Shown here in pieces: positions 22,301-34,212 of a stretch of 34,759 nt of DNA. Origin of the DNA: Bigelowiella natans CCMP2755 (Eukaryota > Protista > Cercozoa). Both the position numbers and the translations under genes were made by a program. The stretch is taken from the NCBI GenBank assembly GCA_000320545.1, contig ADNK01003222.1, positions 1-34,759 on the forward strand, written 5' to 3'. The first letter of the stretch is position 1. Each line of letters opens with the position of its first letter. The notes beneath the pieces were generated by a model. It ran no database searches. It saw nothing but the letters and a program-made list of their open reading frames with translations, and was not told the DNA's origin.

Positions 22301-23333
22301 ATCTTGGTAGAAGGAGAAACATCCGGTAAGGAATACGACGACGGCCAAGACAATACCAAGATAAAGCTATAAAAGAGTTTCATTTAGTACGTTTAATGGT
22401 TTGAAAAAAGATAACTGATTTTAACGGTACTAGCTAGAATATCAGGGTTAGAAGACGACGTACGTTGTCAACGGCATCGTTGTTGATTCCATACGCAATG
22501 AAACACAGAACTGCAGCTCCCCACAAGAGAAGGGAGAAAAATCCAGTCATATGAAGAAAGAACTTGACATACCTGAAGAAACAACCCATTCAAAATAAGA
22601 AGATAGCAAATATTTAGGCGACGACACTACTCACTTGATCGTAGTAGTCTTATTCGACTTTATAGTGTTATTGATACCAAACTTCGTTATTACCATGGAA
22701 GGGAAGGAGGGGGGGAGAGTTCATTGAGTCCATCACGTTCAAGACGCCTTTGTGCTTCCGCAGTGCTAAGACCCTGCATATTCCAACACATTCGTCATTC
22801 AGAGTTGCATGTAAAATGATATCATATTGATCAGAAACACGGTCGGCGTCTACACAACATGCATGCATATGATTTATTTTCAGGGATTTTCAACGTACAT
22901 TCTTGATACTGGTATCGTGTTTCGCCGCAACTTCTTCACAGGTCATCATATGCTCATCCTGTAATATATTGTGATGTAGAGAATAAGGTTTTTTGTAATA
23001 TAGCATGTGATTTTGCGTGGGAGTGTACATTAGATCAAATTCGTCGCTATACTTTTAATAATTGAACGTTTAACAATTGTATTTCATTGCTTGCCAATGT
23101 TTTGTCAACGATAAATTAGGTTTTACGTTTGATTAATATATCAATACCATAGGAATTTCTTGAGCTCCCTCTTCTTCCTCTTCACTAGCACCTGATGCCT
23201 TGCGCATGGCCCTCCTTTTTTCCATCTCTGCAGTTGTGGCTGATACTTGGGTAATGATAGCCGCAGTACCTGCGGTATTATCATCCGCAGGCTTTCCTTG
23301 ATCCTTATCCAAGTCTCCGTGCTTAGTTGCCAT
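19335..23333 (-). CDS. Na+/K+-transporting P-type ATPase alpha subunit (P2C), ~1086 aa, 7 exons
   Basis: Exons 23333-23148, 22958-22899, 22773-22694, 22572-22464, 22366-22276, 22162-22073, 21979-19335 are all GT-AG and in frame (3261 nt). Motifs MDEH, RDGLNELSPP, DNLYLGIVL, ANVPEGLLATVTV, SDKTGTLTQN, KGAPER, MVTGDH, TGDGVNDSPALKKA, KKSIAYTLSSNIPE, DLGTDMVPAISLAYE, QWADILACKTR and C-terminal TYY are diagnostic of Na,K-ATPase alpha. Confidence 0.96.
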
Positions 23334-24941
23334 GTTTACTCAGTTATACGAAAGATGCCCCTTTCTGATCCTGCGTCTCGTTTAACTTATTAACTGAAGA
23401 ACTGCTAAATGTGCAACCAAGACCTAGATGATACGCAATTGTAGCAAAAATGAGTATGTGTTGAAGAGGTATGGACGATATGGGAGTCACAGAAGGCTGT
23501 TAATGGAAGAGACCGTATTTATAATTCGAACGTATCTTTTTAATAAACTGAGTAGCTTAATTTCCACGGGGGGGGCTACTACCTACTTACAGTTGGGGTT
23601 GAGATGTCTGCTTCTGCCTGATCTGGTTCCTTTTATGCATTAAATACACTATGTTTATACCATTTTAATCAATATATGTATGTCGCATCAAATAAATGAA
23701 TAATATCTTCTGATTTCATGTTCTGGTTTGCGGACTGGCTGTCTGGCATGGAACTGCGACCTCGTTCCAGTGGGAAATATTAAGATATACAGAGATGACT
23801 GTAAAAGCAACGCAAGTTATATTAATTTACAATAATTATAAACGACATCAAAAAAGGGAGTCGGAATGATATTTTTCCGGTCCAAGGAATAATTTCTAAA
23901 CTTTTGGAGGTTTGGTCTAATCTCTTTCGGTGAAATACAGTTTCAAAGTTTCATTTCATTCTGGTGATCATTTTAAATGAGAAATACACAATTACGTCAA
24001 GGTATTGTAGATCTAAAATCTAAAGAATAATCGTCATTCTGTCTCCTATAATGTTAAAATCCCTGAATTTTATCTCTTACACATCCTTTCTTTGAATTTA
24101 AGATGAATATGATATATTTTCATTGATATGTTTTCTACATTTATCCTTGTTTTTGAAGTCTTAATGATACTAAACATTGTATTAAAATATTTTTGATGTA
24201 ATTGCCGGTAAATATTTGCTACATTTGATACAATCAAATACTGGATCAACAGGTATGTGAAGATTCGCCGCATCGGTTTCTGATTCACACACACGCTAGA
24301 AACGGGTGTATGATTCGAGCCGAGAAAACAATCAACAGGCAAAAATGCAATGCAAAACACTTAATTCTGCAAATAATTTGGTTAAAATCATTCAGAATGA
24401 GAGAGCATTCAAGGAGATCAAGCATGCCAGAAATAAAACATGTAAAAAGGGCCTAGATTTTTCTTATTAAAATGCAGAAATTGGGATAAAAAGCACACGC
24501 GACATCCGAAGGACATCCTCGGTTACACAGTGAAAAAACGGTAGGAAAACGGAGAATTATGGGCGGAGATAAGTGGTAGCAAAAAGATTGTTGTCGCATC
24601 ATCTGAATTCGTTGCGTTTCTGTTCACAGTTTATGTTGGCACAATAATGCCGATGTGCACACACATACATTGTACTCGAATAGAGAACTATTCGCAAACC
24701 GATCCACCAAAACCAATGCTGTACACACACTTTTAGGATATTTCCCCGAGGATAATTTATCATTGCTATCTTGTTCTTTTTCTGGTACTTTTCATGATCA
24801 GCAAGAGCGTATATTTATGTTTAGATAGAGATAGGGAAAACATCAGCATAAATAATGCTAAATGAGCGTTATTTATTATCATTCAATATTATCAACTCCT
24901 CGTACACGTATACCCTATCCGTAGCACCACCAACGGCATTC

Positions 24942-25253
24942 ATGATCCCGATCCTTCAGTTAACGGTGTTTCTGTTGGAGCTAACTTATGGCGGGAGTCA
25001 TGCTTTAAAGCAAGTCCAAAGAAGGAGTGTTACTAATGCATTAAGTATCAAAACTGCGAAGAAGGTGGGGAACCTACTTGAGGGGTCCGTGAGTGTTGGT
25101 CAATAGTGTACATCGCAAGGCCAGCATTTTGAGGAGGAGGAGTTACAAACTAGTAGGAGTAGAAAATTCAGCTTCAGTGTATAGAAGAGTATATACCAGA
25201 GGACGACTAGGTGTTGAGGCGCTATCTTTAAAAATTGAGGATTATATAGTTCC

Positions 25254-25288
<35 letters not shown>

Positions 25289-25689
25289 GCGTTATATTGA
25301 ACTAGGTATCTCCATCTGTAGCAAAGAGATCATCTCTTCACCGACGATTTGGTGTTGCCTATTTTGGGAGGCCATATCCTACTTCGGAATCGTCGTTTGC
25401 ACCTGCAACAAGATACCAAAATGCAATGGAAAATTTCTGGAAACCTCGTAGGAATACGAGACAAGTTTTGACAAACGTTGCTAGCGAAGGAGCGAGTATA
25501 GAGTTAAGAGATGATAAAAAGAGGAACCAGGGACGCTTGATGCTTGTCGGAGTTGCTGGTTCTTAACTAACCAAAACACAAAAGGGGAAGGGAGGAGGAA
25601 TCACATAAATAACACGAATAATAAGGCACAGCAGAGACGAGATTAAACATGAACGTGGATGCCACTACCTCCTTGAATTGTTCTATTAT

Positions 25690-25727
<38 letters not shown>

Positions 25728-28700
25728 TGATGCAGGTCTATACGGGGCCCTAACAGTGGTTCTGCGGTCATTAACCTTGATGGAGGTAGGAATTGTAGTA
25801 GTAGTACTAGTAGCAGTACTAGTAGTAGCGGTACTGTCAAATGAATGCATATTGACGATAATTTGTCATTACTTAATCGTTCCAAAGTTATTTTTTCTTC
25901 TTGTTGTTGTTGTCCTTCCTCGTTTCGTTGTTTGTATTGTCCTCCTTATTTGAAATATTATGTCAAGGGTCCTCCTGTGGCGTCACTCTTGAGCACTGTG
26001 CGCGGTAAGTGGCAGCTGAAAATAATGACGACAACATCGAGTTGAACACACCATGCTTCCTTTATTTATCCCTTGATTTCCATATTTCTTTCGATTTTCC
26101 TTGTTTCCTCGTTTCCCTAAAGCGCACCACAAATACATTTGCTTCTTCTGTCTTCAAGGTGCCATCGCGGCCACGTGCTTTCTTCCTTCACTTGCTTCCT
26201 TTTTAAATCAGGGCAAGAAACTCAGTAATGATCATCACTGATACATTTGTTAGTTTTTCAAGTCAAACCTAAACATAAGATTATATGTTCTCGTTGCTGT
26301 GTACTGTGTTGCTCTCGACTGCTAGTTTTGAAGCATTGGTTACTATTTAGAGTCGTATAACGGTATCATAATCATCTTCATCATCATTATCATTTCAGGT
26401 AAATCTCAATGGGCTGGTGTAATTGAAATGGCACTATACAATCTTGGAGCTCAGGTAATAATAATAACAATAATAATAATAAGAAGAAGAATAATAAGTA
26501 GCATTGCTCCTGTTTCTTTTTTGAAATATAAATTAGTTGAACCATTGTTGAAAGCGATATATATCTACTGAACTATAGAAAAGATGGGGTTAATACCAAC
26601 TTCTTCGCTATTATCTCCTATCGTAGGGATTTCTTGCTTTGGGTATCTATCACACAGATGCAACAAGAGCAGCATTTTTCACACAGGTTACTTCTTTATA
26701 CTACCTCATTGTGTGGCTGAATATGATGACAATGATGATGATAAGAATTCGTATCTACTAATTATTTTAGTTGTTATTGCATCACCAACACAAGGGTAAG
26801 GGGATGTTATATGCCAATCGTAAAAGAGAGATTATCATTTCTTCTACTACTCCAAGCTCTACCACTTCTACTACTAATTTCTTCTATTTCTACTTCTCAA
26901 AATAACATGCTCGAAAACGACGACGATGACGACTATGGCAATCAGGCTTCCGTAATACTGACACCAGTGATTTCACGGCTCTCTGGAGAACGAGTGCCTG
27001 TTTCAATGTGGATAGGAGCTTCCATAGCCATGGCAGGTGGTGGTGGTTGTGGGGGGTATTAGAAGTCGTGGAGTGGGAGAGGATTCCTGTATATCATCAT
27101 TATCATTACCACCACCACCATCATCAGCATCATCATCATCATCATCATCATCATCTGTACCCTATTATTATGTGCTCTAGCCACCTTGCACAACGTCCAT
27201 TCGTAGTCACCCAATTTCAATATATTATCAACAATGGGAAAATTGTATTACATCATTTTACATAACATATATGTACAATAATGTTTGTACATTACGGTAA
27301 TATGTTGTTGTTACCCTCGTCTCTATCGATATGATGCTACTGCTGGTTGCAACGTAGGAGTGAGCTTGCTTGGAATGACAGGTATGGCACATCTATACCA
27401 AAACATAACCCATATTGAACCAGAATTTGTGGGACGATTTCTACTATGTTTGGGATTCAAACATGTGCTTAGTTCCGTGTATTCTGTGTCTAGGCGCATT
27501 TACAGCGGCAGCAGCCGGATTTAATATCGGGGATATTCTCTGTTTAGCAGGGGCTGTCAGTTGGTACTTGTATTTTATTTATTTTTTTTAACAGGTTTTT
27601 TTCCAATTAACACACCATATTGTGGTATTGCAATCAATGTTGGTGGTTGTAATGATGACGACATCCATGGTGGTGCCATAGTCAGGAGTCCAGATATGTG
27701 CAAGAATTGATAACATATGCATGAAATCTGATCGAAAGATCAAGTTATTTGAGGAGATACACATTTTTCATAAGTATCTAACTTTATATTTTTTCTTTTC
27801 TTCCTCCTATCCCTGTCATATTAGTTATCATTGAGAATCATTATCTTCATTAGGTCTCTATACATTTGCCGCATGGGTGCAATCATGAACAGGGGTCATC
27901 GTAGAAAATTATATAAGGCTTAATAATATCTTCATTTTTCAATGATGCAACAGATATTTCTGTTATACGTGTTGTGTCCGTGCGTGCGTATATATTTCAT
28001 GATGCAGAACGATGTGAATATTTTTCTCACAAATCTCGAATGGATTCTCGTTTTCTCGTTTCTTTGTTTATTATTAGGTCTCTCTCCTATCGTTCTTCAG
28101 ACCTTCAAAACTATCACATTGATGTTTCTCTACGCATTATGGGCTTTTGTTGCCTTGAAGACATCTGGTAGTATAGTGGGATTCTAGTGTTTTATGAATG
28201 TAAGTAATAACACCTCTTCTTATTCTCTCCTAGGATTATCTCTCCTTGCTGCATGGCCTGGCTATAAGAACTTAAGTAAGCATTGACCATATGATATTCA
28301 AATGAATACTTTGCTTCTCTGCCACACTTAATCTGACATTATTGCTAATATCATCAGGTCAGTGGCTTCTCATCGCTTTCTCTGCAATCGGTCCCGGGGC
28401 TTTAGCTGATTGGGTTTCACATGAACACTCAGCATAAAACATGAACACGCACAAAAAGAGAGAGAGAGGGAGGGGGGGGGGGGGGGGAACAAGCATTATG
28501 AAGATGCGACTTTAAATTATTCCGACGACTGACTGCTCTTTCATCCTTTCACTGATGTTTCCCAACAGGCTCAAAGTGTGGGACAAAAGACTGTGTCCTC
28601 ATCGGAGGTAATATCAAGAGATTATATGCCACCAGTCAGCGACTAATTCAGAAAAACTTATGAATTTTGTAGGCAAACATTATTTTATGTTCCGAACCGT

Positions 28701-28814
28701 TGTTCTCGGCCCTTTTAGCATTTGTGATGTTACAGGAACGAATCGCAGGTTTAATGTGCACAATGTTTGTTTAACAGTGTTTAAAGGGATGTTGTGTACA
28801 TGTCAATGCACATT

Positions 28815-28845
<31 letters not shown>

Positions 28846-28863
28846 GTGAAAGATAGATAGAGT

Positions 28864-28896
<33 letters not shown>

Positions 28897-29037
28897 CATG
28901 CACATGACACACGTACGATGTGTTGCATCGTTGTGGTTTTCTCAGGTCCCGGCCTTGTGGGTGCTGGTATGATATTTGTCGCTGCTTTGGTCGCTAGTGG
29001 GATTTTCGAAAAACCATCGACAGCTCAGTCGTCTTGA
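24942..29037 (+). CDS. EamA / drug-metabolite transporter (DMT) family protein, probably plastid-targeted; multi-exon, start codon uncertain
   Basis: In-frame exons: 25306-25558 (...GRLMLVGVA), 25736-25785 (GLYGALTVVLR), 26399-26454 (AGVIEMALYNLGAQ), 26627-26686 (GIYHTDATRAAFFTQ), 26946-27036 (ASVILTPVISRLSGERV), then GDILCLAGAVSWSLYI, FSAIGPGALADWAQSVGQKTVSSSE, 28673-28748 (ANIILCSEPLFSALLAFVMLQE), 28946-29037 (GAGMIFVAALVAS..TGA). Two EamA repeats. Confidence 0.88.
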
Positions 29038-29228
29038 ACGATCACAAAACAGAATGGTCACAAGAGCATACACATTACTCTGCCCTACCTCGGCACGCGC
29101 GCAAATCAGAGATCCAATTGCATTCACAGATGATCGTTTTAAAGTTTGTGTTGATGAGTGGGAGATCGAAGACTTGTGCATGTACAACCATGCCAGATGT
29201 GTTCTGTTCAGTCCACGTCGTGCCGCTA

Positions 29229-30215
29229 TGCTGCTGCGATTCGATCTGACCTCGCTCGGCTTGTTTTTGGACTGGCACTCACTAGCTCACTCAGCAGCAC
29301 GTCCCGGCGTGCCGGTGTCGTTCGTGCAGAAGCAGCGCTAGCTGATGCGAAACGTAGCCAGGTGACGACGACAATTCTAGAATGCTCGCTAGCTCGCTCC
29401 ACCGCTGCTAGCTAGCTAGGCCGTCTAGCCGCCGTGCGCTGCACCACACCGCACTCAGCCTGCATTGCTGGGCAGCGCGCGTGGCACTCACTCGAAATGC
29501 TAGAATGACATCTAGACATGCCAGCATGTGTGGGTGCAACTGGGCATCGCCTCGCACGTGGCGTGGTGCAAACGCGCACAATTGCTGGCGGTTCTCGTGT
29601 TGTGCACCACGCTAGCACGCTAGCACGTGCCAAGCGTGTGCATGCTGGCATGCTGCCGCCTGTGCTGTGGTGTGCGTGAGATCGCGTTCACTTTTGTGAT
29701 TTTTTCACCAACAAGTCTGTGTTGAGCAGCACAGTGCGGAGCTCTCAGAGAACCTGAGTCTCCCACATCCACTGACTGGAGCACCCTTGCTTGGCAGGTT
29801 TTTGATTGAGCGCAGTGTGGTCTCAAAAGTCTGAAAACGTCGAAAAAAGCCATGACACGTGCAAAGCTTTGTGCTTGAACGAACGAAACACTGGATCATT
29901 GAAGCATTGACGACAATTTGACACTCAGCACGTGTCTGCACAGACAACACGCTGCGCTGCCAACGTGAAGATGCGCCCCACTGGCCCAACCAACACACGT
30001 GCAGAGCAGGAAAGGAGTCCACAACGAACAAACGGACGAACGAACGAAGCGGTTCCACAGGAGCAGCTGAATGGATCATGTGTCACGCTGACTCATCCAT
30101 GATCCCCTCAACCGACTGGATCTCCAGGGAAAGTTGAGGGTTTGTTCACATCGCCCACGGCACTTGGACGGATGACGTCGCAGGGCGCGAGGTGAGCGAT
30201 CAATGGTTGCCAAGG

Positions 30216-30283
<68 letters not shown>

Positions 30284-30308
30284 GCACAAGCATCGGAGAC
30301 TCTGCTGG
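29229..30308. mobile_element. Degenerate non-coding repeat/transposon-like block, TpA-depleted, with an (ACGA)n tract, hairpins and (TTG)23
   Basis: Intergenic and compositionally alien: 13 TpA in ~1080 bp, none in 29623-30308. acgaacaaacggacgaacgaacgaa at ~30024-30048; stems at 30073-30140. Mobile-element identity is inferred; no coding homology recognised. Confidence 0.45.
30216..30284. repeat. (TTG)23 microsatellite
   Basis: Directly visible, at the right end of the TpA-free block. Confidence 0.95.
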
Positions 30309-30560
30309 TATGAATGTCCATCAGTTGGTCAATAATATGTGCCAATTACATCGTAAAAGCATCAAACACATCATCAAGTCGCAGCATTTGTCATCGATTG
30401 TGTCGTAGTAGTTCTGAAAATAATAATTTTCGTAGTATTGATGATCAAAGAAAGTTTGTCTATCTTGCATCATCATCATCATCATCATCATCATTTTCCA
30501 TCCGAAGGAAGAAGAAGAAGAAGGAATCAGGAAGAAATCAACAAATCAACATACACATTC

Positions 30561-31893
30561 ATGGCTGCTGACCGAGTTTACAGCCTTGCAGAACTCTGCT
30601 CGCGGTAATGGTGTGCCCATCTTCTCATATGGAAAGTGAGAGAATGATCACTGTGAATGTCGTGTGTCGCACAGGTTTAACGCGGTCGCATCAGCCCCCG
30701 AATATCTGATCGATGAGAAGCAGTTTAGGTATGTCTCCCCCCTTTTGCTGCGTAGTTTTCAAAATATAGCTCACTCATGCACCACACCTGGGCCTTGAGG
30801 AAACTTCATCATACACATGTTTGGATCTTGCGGCGTTCATCACTAATTTATTGTCGTCTCTCACGTGTACTGCAATTATTACTCATCTTCGTTGGCAATG
30901 AATCCATCATAAATCCTCCTCAGTTCTTTACTCACGCCAATGCTGGGTGGGGGGAGGACCGCAGTTGAGGATATTGCCAACAACGTCTTCAACAAGTATG
31001 CGTGTTGATGTGTTGTGAGTGTGTGCATGTGTTGGAAGGAAGAGAGCTACTACTTGCTTCTTTCACGAATCAAAAATTCAGAGAGCTTCTCTTCCTCTCT
31101 CTCTCTTCCTCATTCCCTCCCTCTCGCTCCCTCTTTTATGCTTTCCTCAGGAGAGGGAAGGGCTTGTGCTTCCAGGAATTCTGCCAAGTAACAACAAAAT
31201 TTATGACCCCTCTTACCAAAACGATTATAAATGTTTTTGTTATTGTTGCGCACAGCTACGACTATTATTGTTAGCAGTTTTGTTTTCCCTCTAGTTACTG
31301 TTATTATATTGAGTGAGCGTTCCAACCTGATTACGGTTGGCGACATGCAATAGGAATACGTCAAGGTTGCTCCTATGAAGCCAGTCCTTGCGGTACTACT
31401 ACTACTACTACTAATACTAATACTAATAATTGTCCTACTTGGGATATTTGTAGCTCTAGTTTTTGTGAAAGACGGAGGAAGAGAAGGAGCGGCTGTAACG
31501 GCCATAAAATTGAATTGAACATATATGAAATGGATATATCATAGTAACATCCTCAATATTGCTTTTTTCGTGTGATATACAATGGGAATCATATTTCATT
31601 TGAGAAATGAAGAATTTTGTAGTAATGCATTTTGCCACCTATCACAAGATCCAACGTCAATTTGAGCTCATGGATACAGACTTCGACGGTATGATTAGTG
31701 CGTCGCCAATCGTTTTACTTTCAAGAACATCATTTAGTAGTGTATTTAGACAGATCGTGGATCATGTAACAACTATTAGTCAGTAGCACCAGTTGCTTTC
31801 AACTCTATAGAGTACGAGCTAAATTGTTATAATATAGCGTATGTGTTCTCCTACAGTTTTGTTGCTGTTTTTGTTTGCCTTCGCTGATTACAT

Positions 31894-31924
<31 letters not shown>

Positions 31925-32744
31925 ATGATGATAATGACGCTCAAAAGTACAACAAATTGATTTACAAAGGCAAGATATCAAAGAGCGAAATGAGAAAGCA
32001 TTTCTCCGGTGTATACGAACATCTTGATGTTGAACAGCAGGTAGTAGTAATAATGTAACCTCAAAACCAGAGTAATACAGGGTATAGCAATGATGATGAT
32101 AGGGTTCTTGCTCTTACTCCGCTTACACCCTCAGGTCGAAAGGCTGTTCAAAAGCATGGCTAAAGATAAGGTAATACATGCCTCCTTTATATCACCATCA
32201 TCATCATCGTCGTCGTCACTGCGCGATATATAAGTTTTCATAGAAGATATGGTAGTAGTAACGACAAGCCGACTAACCAAAGACAGAAGAATCAGCAGCA
32301 GCAGCAGCAGCAGTAGTTGTTATTGTGACTGTGAAAGACCCTATGGTGATGCTTTCTTGCACTTGCTCTGCATTTCTCTTTCTATTATTCTTCTTCATCT
32401 CAATTGTTGTGACCATGTGTTTTCGTTTGTTCTTTCTTCATGGGTAGGACTCATGGATATACTTTGAAGCTCTTAAAGACTGGTGCGTGCTTAATATGGA
32501 TCATGTTGTTTCTATTTGCTCCTCCTCCTTTTCCAATACAGATAGTATTAGCAGCATGTGTGTGTGTATCAGTGTTCACATACAGATAGTATTAGCAGCA
32601 TGTGTGTGTATCAGTGTTCACATGATGATATGCGATGATGCCGGTGCTACTACTACTAATACAAATACAAATACAAATACTGTTAATAATATACAGCATT
32701 ATCACTTGTCACATCAGCTTACTTCACGAACTTTCCCATACTAT

Positions 32745-32776
<32 letters not shown>

Positions 32777-33811
32777 AGGTATGTGCAGAAGCTACGGCCA
32801 TCCATAGACTTAGCAGATCAACAGCAGGGTTCAGAAGGAATGGATGCAGACGAAGAAGACAACAATGATCGAAAAACAGGAGGCAAAGGCACCGAAGAGA
32901 AGGATAAAAAGACGAAGACACCAAAAGATACGATTGAAGGGTGGGATGTGCACGAGGTAGTGACGCTTACTATACAAACCAATATCATACACAACAAGTA
33001 GTAGCACTTGCAACAGGCCGCCCCCGCCCCTATGATATCCTGGATTCTACGTTCATATTACGTTGAAATTTACGATGATAGATAAGCGCAGTAGCTATAT
33101 GGAAACGCTCTTAATGTAGTACTTATGCCCCAAAACACAATGATCTGATCATCATTGTCATGGTCATCGTGTGATATTATTACTACCTCATATTATGGAA
33201 GACTTGCTCCTGGATGGGGTTGGTCAAAACACGTTTTGGAATACAAAGTAAGTATGTGGGTAAGGGAGGGGGGGACTGAATGCGTGGGGAAAAAGTAGCA
33301 GCGAGAATAACAATTGATACAACTTACAGAAAACAGGATTTGATTGGTAATGATGCTTATTGATAATGATGATGATAACGATGATGTGGTGATGGTGATG
33401 ATGATGATGAAGATGATTGGGTGCTGTTTATGCAACCAGACGCAAGTATTGAACAGCTCAGGGCGGAGGAATGTGACGGTAGTATTACGATATCGTCCTC
33501 ATCATCATTATCACTAGCAGCAGCAGCTGCAGTATCATCGTTGATCATCATCATACCTCCAGCTATATCATCATCATCATCATTTGTCGTATCCATCAAC
33601 AACAAGGCCTTACCTTGATGGAGATTGAGAAAGCTATGCTTCGGCAAATGGGTGTGTGCATGATAATGAGAGAAGGAGGACGGGGGGGGGGGGGGGGGTA
33701 TTATATATAGTAGCATGTTGCGTGCTTAGTGAATGTGTTCATGTCTATTAAACATGTATGATAAATAACAAGGGAGGAAGCAGCAGCAACAGACAGCCAA
33801 AATGATGTCAG

Positions 33812-33845
<34 letters not shown>

Positions 33846-34018
33846 ATTAGGGTTAAGCGTCTCACAGGCGAATTCGATAATGAGCGCAGTAGCTTTTCTT
33901 CATAAAAGTCCTGCTGAAGCACTTACGATGATGAAAGGTGATGCTGCTGCTGCTTACAAGTGGTTGACCATTACTACTACTAATAATAATACTATTACTA
34001 CTACTAAGTTGCCCTCCC

Positions 34019-34050
<32 letters not shown>

Positions 34051-34180
34051 CGTGTGAATGCTATGATGCACGTTATCAATTAGGAAGTGCAGATGACGAT
34101 AACAAGAAGACAACTTCTGGTGGTGCTGCTATGGTTTATGTTCCGAATTCTAAATATCTTTCGGTATAACTTCAACTACA

Positions 34181-34212
<32 letters not shown>

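Noticed and set aside
30101-30140. Hammerhead ribozyme or tRNA gene
   Set aside because: GAAA follows a stem but there is no CUGANGA core; no cloverleaf, and only weak A/B-box resemblance.
13276-30308. Classical RIP, CpG decay or ADAR editing as the cause of the dinucleotide anomaly
   Set aside because: RIP and CpG decay raise TpA/TpG and deplete CpA/CpG, whereas here TpA is lost and CpG is plentiful. ADAR favours UAG, the context that survives.
28942-30345. Cys/His/Arg-rich ORFs in the TpA-free block
   Set aside because: No recognisable domain; openness is explained by the absence of TAA/TAG.
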